From assembly GCA_949283785.1 (NCBI GenBank), contig CASDTR010000003.1, positions 2,852-66,851 of the forward strand: a DNA stretch of 64,000 bases. The letters run 5' to 3'. Made by a program: the position numbers and the translations under genes. This document shows positions 1-8,319 of this stretch, one piece after another (positions within the stretch are counted from its first letter, which is position 1; each line of letters opens with the position of its first letter). The notes under the pieces were generated by a model that ran no database searches, was not told the origin of the DNA, and was given only the letters and a program-made list of their open reading frames with translations. The DNA is from an uncultured Oscillospiraceae bacterium (lineage in GTDB: Bacteria; Bacillota; Clostridia; Oscillospirales; Acutalibacteraceae).

Positions 1-39
1 TTTGTACATTTGCAAATAATAAAGAAAGAGGTTATAAAA

Positions 40-168
40 ATGGGGTTCAGATTCAGAAAGAGCTTTAAAATTGCTCCCGGAGTAAGACTTAACTTAAACA
101 AGAAAAGCACAAGTCTGACCTTTGGGGGGAAAGGTTTACACTATACAATCAGAGGAGGATGTTTATGA
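40..168 (+). CDS. small DUF4236-like protein (42 aa, below the ORF-track size cutoff)
   Basis: My own translation is MGFRFRKSFKIAPGVRLNLNKKSTSLTFGGKGLHYTIRGGCL*. This resembles the N-terminal DUF4236 signature (MGFRFRKS.K..PGVRLNL.K). The TGA stop at 166-168 overlaps the ATG at 165-167 (ATGA junction). Confidence 0.5.
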   Translation: MGFRFRKSFKIAPGVRLNLNKKSTSLTFGGKGLHYTIRGGCL

Positions 169-926
169 AAAAGTGCAAAAAATGCGGAGCGGAGCTTACA
201 GATGGCGCTAAAGAATGTCCTAGCTGTTCTGCTAAAGTAAGTAAAACCGGAATGAGCAAAAATATTTTGGCTGTTATTTTTATTGCAATTATCCTTATAG
301 CTGTTATCAACGCTTTTAGCAATAGGGACAAAAAAGAAGAAGAGCCCACTGAAACAAGTCCCAGTGGCATTCAGCTTTTAATTAACGAGGGCCTTTCCGA
401 ATCCGAAGCAAGTGCAGTAATGACTGACCTGAATTCTGTAGGAATTAAAGAACTTACGAGCTTAGGAAACCCTACCGGACAAGGAGTTGATAAAGTTCAG
501 TCTTACGCTTTTTCAAGCGAAGAGATTGCAGGAATACTCACTATAGAGAATAGAAAAACATATTATATCGCATCCGGCGATATTGAGTTGTTCAACGCTA
601 CCAAAGGCGGTAAAGTTGATGATATATCTCGTTATATCCTTACTCAGACCGAAGAAGTTGAGTTTATGTTGGATGCGGAGGATTATGTTAAAAAGGGACT
701 GAAAGCGCCATCAACCGCTGAGTTTCCGAGTCGTGTTTTTGATAGTGAAGATTGGAAGGTCAGGCGAAAAGATGATGTTGTTACAGTGTCATCTTATGTA
801 GATGCTCAGAATGATTTCGGTGCTATGATAAGAAGCAATTTTGTAGTACAAATAAGCTATTCCACAAGCTCTTGCTTGTATTTAGAGATTGACGGACAAG
901 CAATGTACGGAGAATATCATTCGTAA
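165..926 (+). CDS. zinc-ribbon, single-pass membrane protein of unknown function
   Basis: The ORF track gives 159..926; GGAGG at 154-158 favours the ATG at 165. It has an N-terminal CxxC..CxxC motif (KKCKKCGAELTDGAKECPSCS), one TM helix (ILAVIFIAIILIAVINAF), then a ~200-aa extracytoplasmic region. Confidence 0.6.
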   Translation: MKKCKKCGAELTDGAKECPSCSAKVSKTGMSKNILAVIFIAIILIAVINAFSNRDKKEEEPTETSPSGIQLLINEGLSESEASAVMTDLNSVGIKELTSLGNPTGQGVDKVQSYAFSSEEIAGILTIENRKTYYIASGDIELFNATKGGKVDDISRYILTQTEEVEFMLDAEDYVKKGLKAPSTAEFPSRVFDSEDWKVRRKDDVVTVSSYVDAQNDFGAMIRSNFVVQISYSTSSCLYLEIDGQAMYGEYHS

Positions 927-1027
927 CGTATTTTTTAAAAATAAAAACGCCCTACCCTGCGCCAACAGGATAGAGCGTCGTGACAGCCCGAAGGCGGTCA
1001 TATTGTGTGTGAATTAATATTACCATA

Positions 1028-1063
1028 CCTTCGGCTGAATTACAATAGCCGAGGGTATTTTTA
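1028..1063 (+). terminator. candidate intrinsic terminator downstream of the zinc-ribbon gene
   Basis: A 9-bp stem (ccttcggct / agccgaggg, one G-U pair) is followed by tattttta. Confidence 0.4.
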
Positions 1064-1105
1064 TACCCTTTTAAAATCTGCACTATAGTATTTGGAGGTA
1101 ATATT

Positions 1106-2500
1106 ATGGCTAACATAACGCCGTATAAGAATAAAGACGGTAAGATAGTGTCTTACCGCATTAAGGTATTCAGAGGAAGAGATTGTGAGGGCAAGCAGCT
1201 CAAGCCATACATGATGACCTGGAAGGTCCCCGACGGATTAACCAAAAAACAGATTGAAAAAGAGCTCAATAAACAAGCTGTATTATTTGAGGAACAGTGT
1301 CAACGCGGAACGGCTGCTGTCAGCTCCCAAACGTTTGCGCAATATGCTGAGTATGCTATGGCTCAAAAGGAACGCAGCGGGCTTAAACACTCAACTCTGG
1401 TTGGATACCGCGTACTTCTCAAGCGAATTAATCAAGGCATCGGACATCTGAAGCTCACCGAAATTCGTCCGCAGCATCTTAATGCGTTCTATCAGCAATT
1501 GGAGCAGGAAGGCGTTAAGAGTTACCGCTCTGTGCATATTAAGGGTAATGTAGACTTACAGGGATTGATTAAAAATAAGTATGGTTTGTTCAGTTCTTTT
1601 GCAGCTAAAACCGGAATTGCCGATACAGTTCGTAGAAGCGCAAGCAAAGATAATATATCTTTTGCCACCGCCGAAAAAATAGCAGCTGCACTCGGCTGCA
1701 AGGTCGAGGATCTGTTCGATGCTGTGGACAGAGATACCAAGCTGTCTAATAAAACAGTAATAGAACATCACAGGCTCATATCTTCGATTCTGCATCAAGC
1801 AGAAAAGGAAATGCTTATTCCCTTGAATCCCGCACAGCGTGCAACTCTGCCAAAGCTGCAAAAGAAAGAAGTCAACTATTTTGAACCTGGGGAATTAGAG
1901 AATATACTCAAAGCAGCTGACTGTGAACCTATAATGTGGCGCACTATAACTTATGTTTTAGCGTTCTCCGGAATCCGAAGAGGAGAACTTTGCGGCCTCA
2001 AATGGAATGCGATCGATTTCAAAAATAACATTTTGCACATTGAAAACAATCTGCTGTACGCTGCCGACCGTGGGATATACGAGGATACGCCCAAGACTCA
2101 GACGTCAGTCCGTGACATATCCATGCCGCAACAGGTTGTAGACTTGCTTAAGAAGTTAAAGGCGCACCAAGCGGAGTTAGCATTATCTCTTGGAGACTAT
2201 AGACAGCGAACGGATTTTGTTTTCGCTCGGGATAACGGTCTGCCGATACATCCCGATTCTGTGAGCTCATGGTTTTCTGATTTTTCAGTTCGTCACGGGC
2301 TGCCGCACATTAATCCTCACGCATTTCGGCACACAATGGCCTCTACCCTGCTCTATGCAGGCATGGATATAGTCAGCACATCCAAGCGCCTGGGGCACGC
2401 CAAGGTGTCAACGACCAGTGATGTTTACGCCCATGCAATTAAGCGAGCGGATGAAAAGGCCAGCGAGACGCTGGAAGATTTATTTTTGAAGAAGGCGTAA
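1106..2500 (+). CDS. tyrosine-type site-specific integrase with an internal XRE-like HTH insertion
   Basis: It has the C-terminal catalytic motifs of tyrosine recombinases (GIRRGELCGLKW; HAFRHTMASTLL; LGHAKVSTTSDVYAH). A GGAGG lies 8 nt upstream of the ATG. The gene is adjacent to a tRNA 3' end. Confidence 0.9.
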   Translation: MANITPYKNKDGKIVSYRIKVFRGRDCEGKQLKPYMMTWKVPDGLTKKQIEKELNKQAVLFEEQCQRGTAAVSSQTFAQYAEYAMAQKERSGLKHSTLVGYRVLLKRINQGIGHLKLTEIRPQHLNAFYQQLEQEGVKSYRSVHIKGNVDLQGLIKNKYGLFSSFAAKTGIADTVRRSASKDNISFATAEKIAAALGCKVEDLFDAVDRDTKLSNKTVIEHHRLISSILHQAEKEMLIPLNPAQRATLPKLQKKEVNYFEPGELENILKAADCEPIMWRTITYVLAFSGIRRGELCGLKWNAIDFKNNILHIENNLLYAADRGIYEDTPKTQTSVRDISMPQQVVDLLKKLKAHQAELALSLGDYRQRTDFVFARDNGLPIHPDSVSSWFSDFSVRHGLPHINPHAFRHTMASTLLYAGMDIVSTSKRLGHAKVSTTSDVYAHAIKRADEKASETLEDLFLKKA

Positions 2501-2509
2501 ACATAAAAT

Positions 2510-2529
2510 GTTGACAAATAGTTGACAAA
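2510..2529 (+). repeat. tandem direct repeat GTTGACAAA-ta-GTTGACAAA (candidate integrase arm-type sites, or tandem -35 boxes)
   Basis: Two exact 9-mers sit at 2510-2518 and 2521-2529, between the integrase stop codon and the tRNA 3' end. Confidence 0.4.
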
Positions 2530-2560
2530 AGTAATTTTATGCACAGAAAAAGGAAAAACA

Positions 2561-2596
2561 AAAAAACCTTGAAACAACGTGGTTTCAAGGTTTTTT
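2561..2596. terminator. bidirectional intrinsic terminator (integrase on +, tRNA-Arg on -)
   Basis: The stem is ccttgaaac (2567-2575) / gtttcaagg (2582-2590). It is flanked by an A6 run (2561-2566) and a T6 run (2591-2596). Confidence 0.7.
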
Positions 2597-2597
2597 G

Positions 2598-2674
2598 TGG
2601 TACGGCGTAAGGGATTCGAACCCCCGACCTTTTGGTTCGTAGCCAAACACTCTATCCAGCTGAGCTAACGCCGC
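2598..2674 (-). tRNA. tRNA-Arg (anticodon ACG), with encoded CCA
   Basis: The reverse complement folds as a cloverleaf: GCGGCGT-TA-GCTC-AGCTGGATA-GAGT-G-TTTGG-CTACGAA-CCAAA-AGGTC-GGGGG-TTCGAAT-CCCTT-ACGCCGT-A-CCA. It is 77 nt, with a GTTCGAAT T-loop and anticodon loop CT-ACG-AA. Confidence 0.9.
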
Positions 2675-2718
2675 AAAAATCATGCAGAGGAACTTATCCG
2701 TTCCTTAACTGCCATGAT

Positions 2719-2747
2719 ATATTACCACAATCGAAAGGGAAAATCAA
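2719..2747 (-). promoter_or_regulatory. sigma-A-type promoter for tRNA-Arg
   Basis: The minus strand reads TTGATT-17 nt-TAATAT, with a TGn extension (tgGTAATAT), about 40 nt upstream of the tRNA 5' end. Confidence 0.5.
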
Positions 2748-2772
2748 GCCCTTTTTTAATTTTTTTACTTCT

Positions 2773-3558
2773 TTATTGCTCCTGCTCCGCTTTTCCCATA
2801 GCCGCCAAGGGATCTACAATCTTTGAATCAATTCTGATTTCAAGATGAAGATGATTTCCAAGCTTGCTCTCGCAGGGAATATCTCCCAAGACGCCTATTT
2901 CATCGCCCATTTTAACTTCCGTGCCCTTCTGTACGGCAACATCGGCTCCGAGACCGCAGTACTTCGCCACCAGATTTCCTCCGTGATCTATCTCCACTAC
3001 ATTTCCCCAAAGGGCGTCGCTGTAAACATTAGTAACGATGCCGTCGTTTATGGCCTTTACGGATACACCTTTCTCAGCCTTGAAATCCACGCCGTTATGA
3101 CTTCTCCAGTCGTCCATGGTCTCGGAATAAACCATTTCTCCGTTGCTGTAATCGTTTATAATCTCAGTACCGCAGGGCATCATATAAAAGCTCTGGTATG
3201 GCGTATTAAGTTCATTGCTCACCATCGAGGCAGGCTCCGTCACCGCTTCCTCGGTTTCAGGCTCTGTCCGATTTTCGGTTTCCGTTTCCTCTCGCTCGTC
3301 GGGAACATCGGTTTTATTGGCTCCCGCCTCTTCCCCTTCGGGAAGAGTTTCATCCCAGTTCTGAGTGTGCTCGGGAGCTTTTTCCGTCACGATTCCCGAA
3401 TCCGCACCGCTCTCCTGCACAGTATCAATATTACCCGTACCGAGATACCTCCACGCGGCGGTACCCGACGCCACAAGGCAGCAGGCAAGAGCTATATAAA
3501 GGCCGTTTTTCTGCAAAAAGAGTTTCACTCTCGATTCCTTTTTATTAAAATTAAGCAT
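2773..3558 (-). CDS. membrane-anchored M23/LytM family peptidoglycan metalloendopeptidase
   Basis: It has an N-terminal TM segment (LYIALACCLVASGTAAW), an acidic linker, and a C-terminal M23 domain with HxxxD (SHNGVDF) and HxH (NHLHLEI) zinc motifs. A GGAGG RBS is present. Confidence 0.85.
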   Translation of the reverse strand: MLNFNKKESRVKLFLQKNGLYIALACCLVASGTAAWRYLGTGNIDTVQESGADSGIVTEKAPEHTQNWDETLPEGEEAGANKTDVPDEREETETENRTEPETEEAVTEPASMVSNELNTPYQSFYMMPCGTEIINDYSNGEMVYSETMDDWRSHNGVDFKAEKGVSVKAINDGIVTNVYSDALWGNVVEIDHGGNLVAKYCGLGADVAVQKGTEVKMGDEIGVLGDIPCESKLGNHLHLEIRIDSKIVDPLAAMGKAEQEQ

Positions 3559-3637
3559 ATCCTATTACCTCCGCCTTTATATTGCTCCCATTTCGTCTCT
3601 TTTATTCAGCTTTGAGGTTATTATTTTATTGCCGCCG

Positions 3638-3666
3638 TTGTACGGAATTTATATTTGTGTTATAAT
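3638..3666 (+). promoter_or_regulatory. sigma-A-type promoter of fhs
   Basis: TTGTAC (3638-3643), 17 nt, then TATAAT (3661-3666) preceded by TGT (extended -10). It lies about 105 nt upstream of the fhs start. Confidence 0.55.
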
Positions 3667-3771
3667 GTGATAGAACTTTAACAGTACGCAAACCTTCGCA
3701 AATCCCGCCGTACTGTTTTCATCATTTATTATTTATCTATTTCTCAAATAAATTTTTGGAGGAGTGCTGTT

Positions 3772-5439
3772 TTGAAAACAGATATCGAAATTGCACAGGA
3801 AGCTAAAATGCTTCCCATAACTCAAATTGCAGAGCACGTCGGGATACTTGAAGACGAGCTCGTCCCCTACGGAAAGTACAAGGCGAAAATATCCCATGAT
3901 ATTATGTTCCGTCTTGCCTCAAAGCCGAACGGTAAGCTTGTGCTCGTAACGGCAGTAAATCCGACTCCCGCAGGAGAGGGAAAAACTACCACCACCGTGG
4001 GACTGGGTCAGGCAATGGCAAAAATCGGCAAAAATGCGGTTATCGCTCTGCGCGAGCCGTCTCTCGGACCTGTTTTCGGCATTAAAGGCGGCGCTGCGGG
4101 CGGCGGATACTCTCAGGCCGTTCCCATGGAGGACATAAACCTTCACTTTACAGGAGATATGCACGCCATTACCGCGGCGAATAATCTCCTCTGCGCCGTT
4201 ATAGACAACCACATCCATCAAGGCAACATCCTCCAGATAGACGAAAGGCGCATTTTATTTAAGCGCTGCATGGATATGAACGACCGAGCCTTGAGAAACG
4301 TCGTCGTAGGTCTCGGAGGAAAGGCCAACGGCTTCCCCCGTGAGGACGGATTTATTATAACCGTCGCCAGCGAGATAATGGCCATACTCTGCCTCTCCGA
4401 CGATATGGACGATTTAAAGAAGCGTCTCGGCGACATCCTTGTGGCTTACAATCTGGACGGCAAACCCGTATACGCCAGGGAACTGGGAGTTGTGGGTTCC
4501 ATGGCAGCGCTGCTGCGCGACGCCCTTATGCCTAACCTTGTGCAGACCCTTGAAAACACCCCTGCCATTATCCACGGCGGACCTTTTGCCAACATCGCCC
4601 ACGGCTGCAACTCCGTAATCGCCACGAAGCTTGCCCTTAAGCTGGGTGATTACTGCATTACGGAGGCGGGCTTCGGCTCAGACCTGGGGGCGGAGAAATT
4701 TCTCGACATAAAATGCCGCGCTGCGGGACTTGCGCCCGACGCAATCGTAATAGTCGCAACTCTTCGCGCTCTTAAATATAACGGAGGAGTTGCAAAAAGC
4801 GACACCTCAAAGGAAAACGTAGTGGCTCTCAAAAAGGGTATTGTGAACCTCGGAGCACACGTTGAAAACATGAAGAAATACGGCGTGCCCGTAGTTGTAG
4901 CCATAAACCGCTTTGGCACCGACACAGACGCCGAAATAGAAGCTCTTGCCGAGTACTGCCGCAGCATCGACGTTGAGTATTCACTGAGCGAATGTTTTGC
5001 AAAGGGCGGCGACGGAGCTACAGACCTTGCCGAAAAGGTAGTAAAGGCCTGCGAGAAGCCCTCCGATTTCCGCTTTATATATGATACTGCAAAGAGCATC
5101 AAAGAAAAGGTGGAGGCCGTCGCGAAGAACATATACGGAGCAGACGGAGTAAACTTTACTTCCAACGCCCTTAAAAGGATTCAGGAAATCGAGGCCCTTG
5201 GCAAGGATAAGCTGCCCGTATGCATTGCGAAAACCCAGTATTCCCTTTCAGATGACCCGAAGCGTCTGGGCAGGCCCACGGACTTCGACATAACTGTGCG
5301 TGACGTTAAGCTCTCCTCGGGAGCGGGATTCATAGTAGTGCTCACCGGCGACATAATGACAATGCCGGGACTTCCTAAAGTGCCCGCCGCAGAGAGCATC
5401 GACGTAGACGAAAGCGGAAACATAACGGGACTGTTTTAA
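3772..5439 (+). CDS. fhs: formate--tetrahydrofolate ligase
   Basis: This is a full-length (555 aa) FTHFS-family sequence with the nucleotide-binding segment [15 protein letters not shown]. It has a TTG start preceded by GGAGG. Confidence 0.95.
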   Translation: MKTDIEIAQEAKMLPITQIAEHVGILEDELVPYGKYKAKISHDIMFRLASKPNGKLVLVTAVNPTPAGEGKTTTTVGLGQAMAKIGKNAVIALREPSLGPVFGIKGGAAGGGYSQAVPMEDINLHFTGDMHAITAANNLLCAVIDNHIHQGNILQIDERRILFKRCMDMNDRALRNVVVGLGGKANGFPREDGFIITVASEIMAILCLSDDMDDLKKRLGDILVAYNLDGKPVYARELGVVGSMAALLRDALMPNLVQTLENTPAIIHGGPFANIAHGCNSVIATKLALKLGDYCITEAGFGSDLGAEKFLDIKCRAAGLAPDAIVIVATLRALKYNGGVAKSDTSKENVVALKKGIVNLGAHVENMKKYGVPVVVAINRFGTDTDAEIEALAEYCRSIDVEYSLSECFAKGGDGATDLAEKVVKACEKPSDFRFIYDTAKSIKEKVEAVAKNIYGADGVNFTSNALKRIQEIEALGKDKLPVCIAKTQYSLSDDPKRLGRPTDFDITVRDVKLSSGAGFIVVLTGDIMTMPGLPKVPAAESIDVDESGNITGLF

Positions 5440-5464
5440 AAGAGAATAGATTAAAAACATTAAT

Positions 5465-5497
5465 CCCCATGATTTCAGAAGTCATGGGGATTTGTTA
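5465..5497 (+). terminator. intrinsic terminator of fhs
   Basis: The stem ccccatga (5465-5472) / tcatgggg (5482-5489) is followed by atttgtt. Confidence 0.7.
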
Positions 5498-5592
5498 TAT
5501 TCTGTACTCTATTTAAATTTAAAGAAGGTTTGAGATTTTGGTATTTATGTGATATTATTGAACTCTATATATTAATTTTATTTGGAGGTTAT

Positions 5593-6258
5593 ATGGAAAA
5601 TACCGATTTATACAAAGAAACAGTTGAAAACCTAGAAAAATTGCGCTCTATATTTGAAAAAAGTCATATCATTGAAACTTTATATAAAATTAAAGTTTTA
5701 TCTTCGCAAATAGAGACATTCGACATGCATTCAGCAGTTTCTATACTTCAAAAACATCATTTAACAGGAATTACAGCAGTAATTGAAGCTGAAAACTTCC
5801 TACAGGATTTGCAATCACAATGGTTACAAGAAAGTCAAAAATTGCAAAATTATTTAAGCTCATCTGTATTAACTGCATTATCGTGTATAGATTTTAATAC
5901 ATTTAACGAGTTGCTATTATCTTTACCTAACTTGGAAATTTTTTCTAAAAACTTTGACACCGACTTATTCTTGCAGAGTCGAGATAATACTAATGTTACA
6001 AATGAAGATATTTCAGAAGAAATCTGTAATATCATTAATAATAAAACCTTTTCCCCAGTAGAGACGTGGAATAATTTTAAAAAAACGAAGTGGTTTATCG
6101 CAATGCAAATTATTATATACATTGTGTTATTTATAGGGAGTCCAGTAATTGAAAAATTAAAAGATAAAACATTAGATTATTTGGGAATAAATGAGTTTTG
6201 GGAAAAAACAGGAATTTATGAATTTATAGATAGCTTTGATACGAACAATGTCACATAA
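5593..6258 (+). CDS. AT-rich orphan protein with one C-proximal TM helix (no family recognised)
   Basis: The ORF track gives 5530..6258. I moved the start to ATG 5593 (GGAGG 5 nt upstream). There is a predicted TM helix (WFIAMQIIIYIVLFIGSPVI) and no motif I recognise. Confidence 0.5.
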   Translation: MENTDLYKETVENLEKLRSIFEKSHIIETLYKIKVLSSQIETFDMHSAVSILQKHHLTGITAVIEAENFLQDLQSQWLQESQKLQNYLSSSVLTALSCIDFNTFNELLLSLPNLEIFSKNFDTDLFLQSRDNTNVTNEDISEEICNIINNKTFSPVETWNNFKKTKWFIAMQIIIYIVLFIGSPVIEKLKDKTLDYLGINEFWEKTGIYEFIDSFDTNNVT

Positions 6259-6299
6259 GAAACAACTGTAAAAAATGAAAAGTGATATTAATGAAACTA

Positions 6300-6749
6300 T
6301 TATATATCCTTTTTAAAATAAACCATATCTTTCAGCTGCACACCGTCTTCATATATAGGTTTATTATAGTTCTCAGTAAAAAAATCTATGTCACGGCGAT
6401 ATTCTGTAAAACCGCAGATACTGTAAAAACTCATGGTACTGAAAGCTTCTCCTGTACCCACAATGAGGCTTTTCCCGCCTTTATGTTTTACATATTCAAA
6501 AGCAAAATTTAAAAGCTTTCTGCCCACTCCACACCTCTGAAATTCAGGATATACAGCTATATTTTTAATCTCATATACGCCGTTTCCGTTATCGGTAATT
6601 ACACATTCGCCCTGTACTTTCCCCTCATCTGACGCTACAAACATTTCTCCGTCATAAAGATATTTATCAACCATATCTTCCTGCTCGTCACCAAAAAGCA
6701 GTAAATCAAGGTATTTCTTTTTGTCTTTTGTTATATTTATAATTTCCAT
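6300..6749 (-). CDS. GNAT family N-acetyltransferase
   Basis: A 149-aa protein with acetyl-CoA-binding motif A (QRCGVGRKLLNFA) after the beta-strand IKNIAVYPEF. Confidence 0.85.
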   Translation of the reverse strand: MEIINITKDKKKYLDLLLFGDEQEDMVDKYLYDGEMFVASDEGKVQGECVITDNGNGVYEIKNIAVYPEFQRCGVGRKLLNFAFEYVKHKGGKSLIVGTGEAFSTMSFYSICGFTEYRRDIDFFTENYNKPIYEDGVQLKDMVYFKKDI

Positions 6750-6769
6750 ATTTTACATACTTTCTTATA

Positions 6770-6804
6770 ATAAAATACAGGAGGGAGTTTTTATGCTCCC
6801 TCCT
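6770..6804 (-). terminator. intrinsic terminator of purC-purB
   Basis: The stem is aggagggag (6779-6787) / ctccctcct (6796-6804). On the minus strand it is followed by a T-rich tract (tgtatttta). Confidence 0.65.
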
Positions 6805-6809
6805 TTTTC

Positions 6810-8240
6810 TTAAACGTTTATCTCAACCTCAAGTCCCAGTTCGTCGGCGTTGGCGTCGATAATGGGCCTGATGTACTCATTTACAAACTCCTCGGTCTGC
6901 TGCGGTGCTCTGCCTACAAAATTCTTGGGATGCATCATCGCACTGAGCTCTTCCATTGTTATGCCGAAAGCCTCATCCCCTGCTATTCTCTCAAGCAGGT
7001 CGTTGGCTCCGCCCTCTTCCTTGACAACTCTGCCCGCCGCCATGGAATGGACTCTGATCTTTTCGTGAAGCTCCTGACGGTCTCCGCCTCTCTTGACGGC
7101 CTCCATCATGATATTCTCAGTCGCCATAAAGGGAAGCTCCGCCAAAAGATGCTTTTCTATCATCTTGGGATATACCACAAGTCCGCTTACAACGTTTATA
7201 TAAAGCTCCAGTACGGCATCAGTTGCAAGAAATGCCTCCGCAACGCTTATGCGCTTATTTGCGGAATCGTCAAGGGTTCTCTCAAACCACTGGGTTGCTG
7301 CCGTTATCTGGGGATTTATTGTATCCGCCATAACGTATCTCGCAAGAGATGCTATTCTCTCGCTGCGCATGGGGTTGCGCTTATATGCCATTGCAGATGA
7401 ACCTATCTGATTCTTCTCAAAGGGCTCCTCAACCTCTTTAAGGTGCTGGAGAAGTCTAAGGTCGTTGGAGAACTTTGCCGCTGACTGAGCTACTCCGCTG
7501 AGAACGAACAGTACGCTGGAATCAAGCTTTCTCGGATACGTCTGTCCTGAAACGGGGAAGCAGCTCTTGTAGCCCATCTTTTCGGCTATCTTTCTGTCAA
7601 GCTCCTTTATCTTCTCCTGATCTCCGTCAAACAGCTCCATGAAGCTTGCCTGTGTGCCCGTTGTGCCCTTTGAGCCTAAAAGCTTCATCTGTGAAAGCTG
7701 GAACTCGATTGCCTCGTAGTCCATGAGCACTTCCTGAAGCCAAAGGGATGCTCTCTTGCCCAAGGTTGTGGGCTGCGCAGGCTGGAAATGGGTAAATGCA
7801 AGACAGGGAAGATCCTTGTACTCCAAAGCGAACTTTGAAAGAGCGTCCATAAGGTTGATGAGCTTTTTGCGGATAAGGCGAAGTCCTTCGGTCATGGTGA
7901 TGACGTCGGTGTTGTCGCCTACATAGCAGGATGTGGCTCCCAGATGGATTATTCCCTTTGCCTTGGGGCACTGTACGCCGTATGCGTAAACATGGGACAT
8001 AACGTCGTGGCGCACAAGCTTTTCACGCTCCGCCGCCACTTCATAATTTATATCGTCCTTATGGGCTTTGAGCTCGTCAATCTGCTCCTGGGTGATGTTG
8101 AGGCCCAGCTCGTGCTCCGCCTCAGCAAGGGCAATCCAAAGCTTTCTCCATGTTCTGAACTTAAAATCGGGAGAAAAGATGTATTTCATCTCTTTGCTGG
8201 AATATCTTGAATTAAGGGGACTTTCGTAAATATCTTTCAC
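6810..8240 (-). CDS. purB: adenylosuccinate lyase
   Basis: It carries the fumarate-lyase signature GSSAMAYKRNPMRSE and has purB-type length. I moved the start from 8306 to GTG 8240, which lies behind AGAGGAGGAAG. Confidence 0.93.
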   Translation of the reverse strand: MKDIYESPLNSRYSSKEMKYIFSPDFKFRTWRKLWIALAEAEHELGLNITQEQIDELKAHKDDINYEVAAEREKLVRHDVMSHVYAYGVQCPKAKGIIHLGATSCYVGDNTDVITMTEGLRLIRKKLINLMDALSKFALEYKDLPCLAFTHFQPAQPTTLGKRASLWLQEVLMDYEAIEFQLSQMKLLGSKGTTGTQASFMELFDGDQEKIKELDRKIAEKMGYKSCFPVSGQTYPRKLDSSVLFVLSGVAQSAAKFSNDLRLLQHLKEVEEPFEKNQIGSSAMAYKRNPMRSERIASLARYVMADTINPQITAATQWFERTLDDSANKRISVAEAFLATDAVLELYINVVSGLVVYPKMIEKHLLAELPFMATENIMMEAVKRGGDRQELHEKIRVHSMAAGRVVKEEGGANDLLERIAGDEAFGITMEELSAMMHPKNFVGRAPQQTEEFVNEYIRPIIDANADELGLEVEINV

Positions 8241-8319
8241 TTTGCTTCCTCCTCTGATATTTAAATAAAGGCGGGAAGGCAAGTCCCTCCCGCCCCGTTT
8301 AATCACGCTGAGTGGTTAA

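Larger units (their letters stand above)
1..2597. mobile_element. terminus of an integrated element (prophage/ICE-like) inserted beside tRNA-Arg; the other end lies outside the window
   Basis: The tyrosine integrase (1106..2500) has its 3' end facing the 3' end of tRNA-Arg (2598..2674, minus strand), the classic int-att-tRNA layout. The upstream cargo is a DUF4236/zinc-ribbon pair. No second att copy is visible, so the boundaries are inferred. Confidence 0.5.

Noticed and set aside
40-926. The idea that the DUF4236 mini-ORF and the zinc-ribbon ORF are one frameshifted pseudogene, or a programmed -1 frameshift.
   Set aside because: The junction is a clean ATGA stop-start overlap, with GGAGG correctly spaced for the second ATG and no slippery heptamer. 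Translational coupling of two genes explains it without invoking a frameshift. The question is kept only as a low-interest fission-versus-decay finding.
3667-3771. A ZTP (pfl) or THF riboswitch upstream of fhs.
   Set aside because: The leader is only about 105 nt and lacks the two ZTP sub-domains and the THF consensus. Only a generic hairpin is present, and it is reported separately as a low-interest attenuator candidate.
6300-6749. The GNAT gene as the toxin of a GNAT/RHH (TacT/AtaT-type) toxin-antitoxin pair, possibly linked to the AT-rich orphan gene.
   Set aside because: There is no small upstream RHH/DUF1778-type antitoxin ORF. The neighbouring orphan gene is convergent rather than co-transcribed. 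The GNAT resembles ordinary YvbK-like acetyltransferases.
8241-8306. A 22-codon N-terminal extension of purB. Similar track extensions occur for purC (9028-9051), adk (54692-54724), rplB (63177-63218), the KOW protein (53297-53386), the M48 peptidase (44812-44889) and the orphan gene (5530-5592).
   Set aside because: In each case a strong Shine-Dalgarno sequence precedes an internal start codon, and the conserved protein N-terminus begins there. The extensions overlap RBSs or neighbouring genes.
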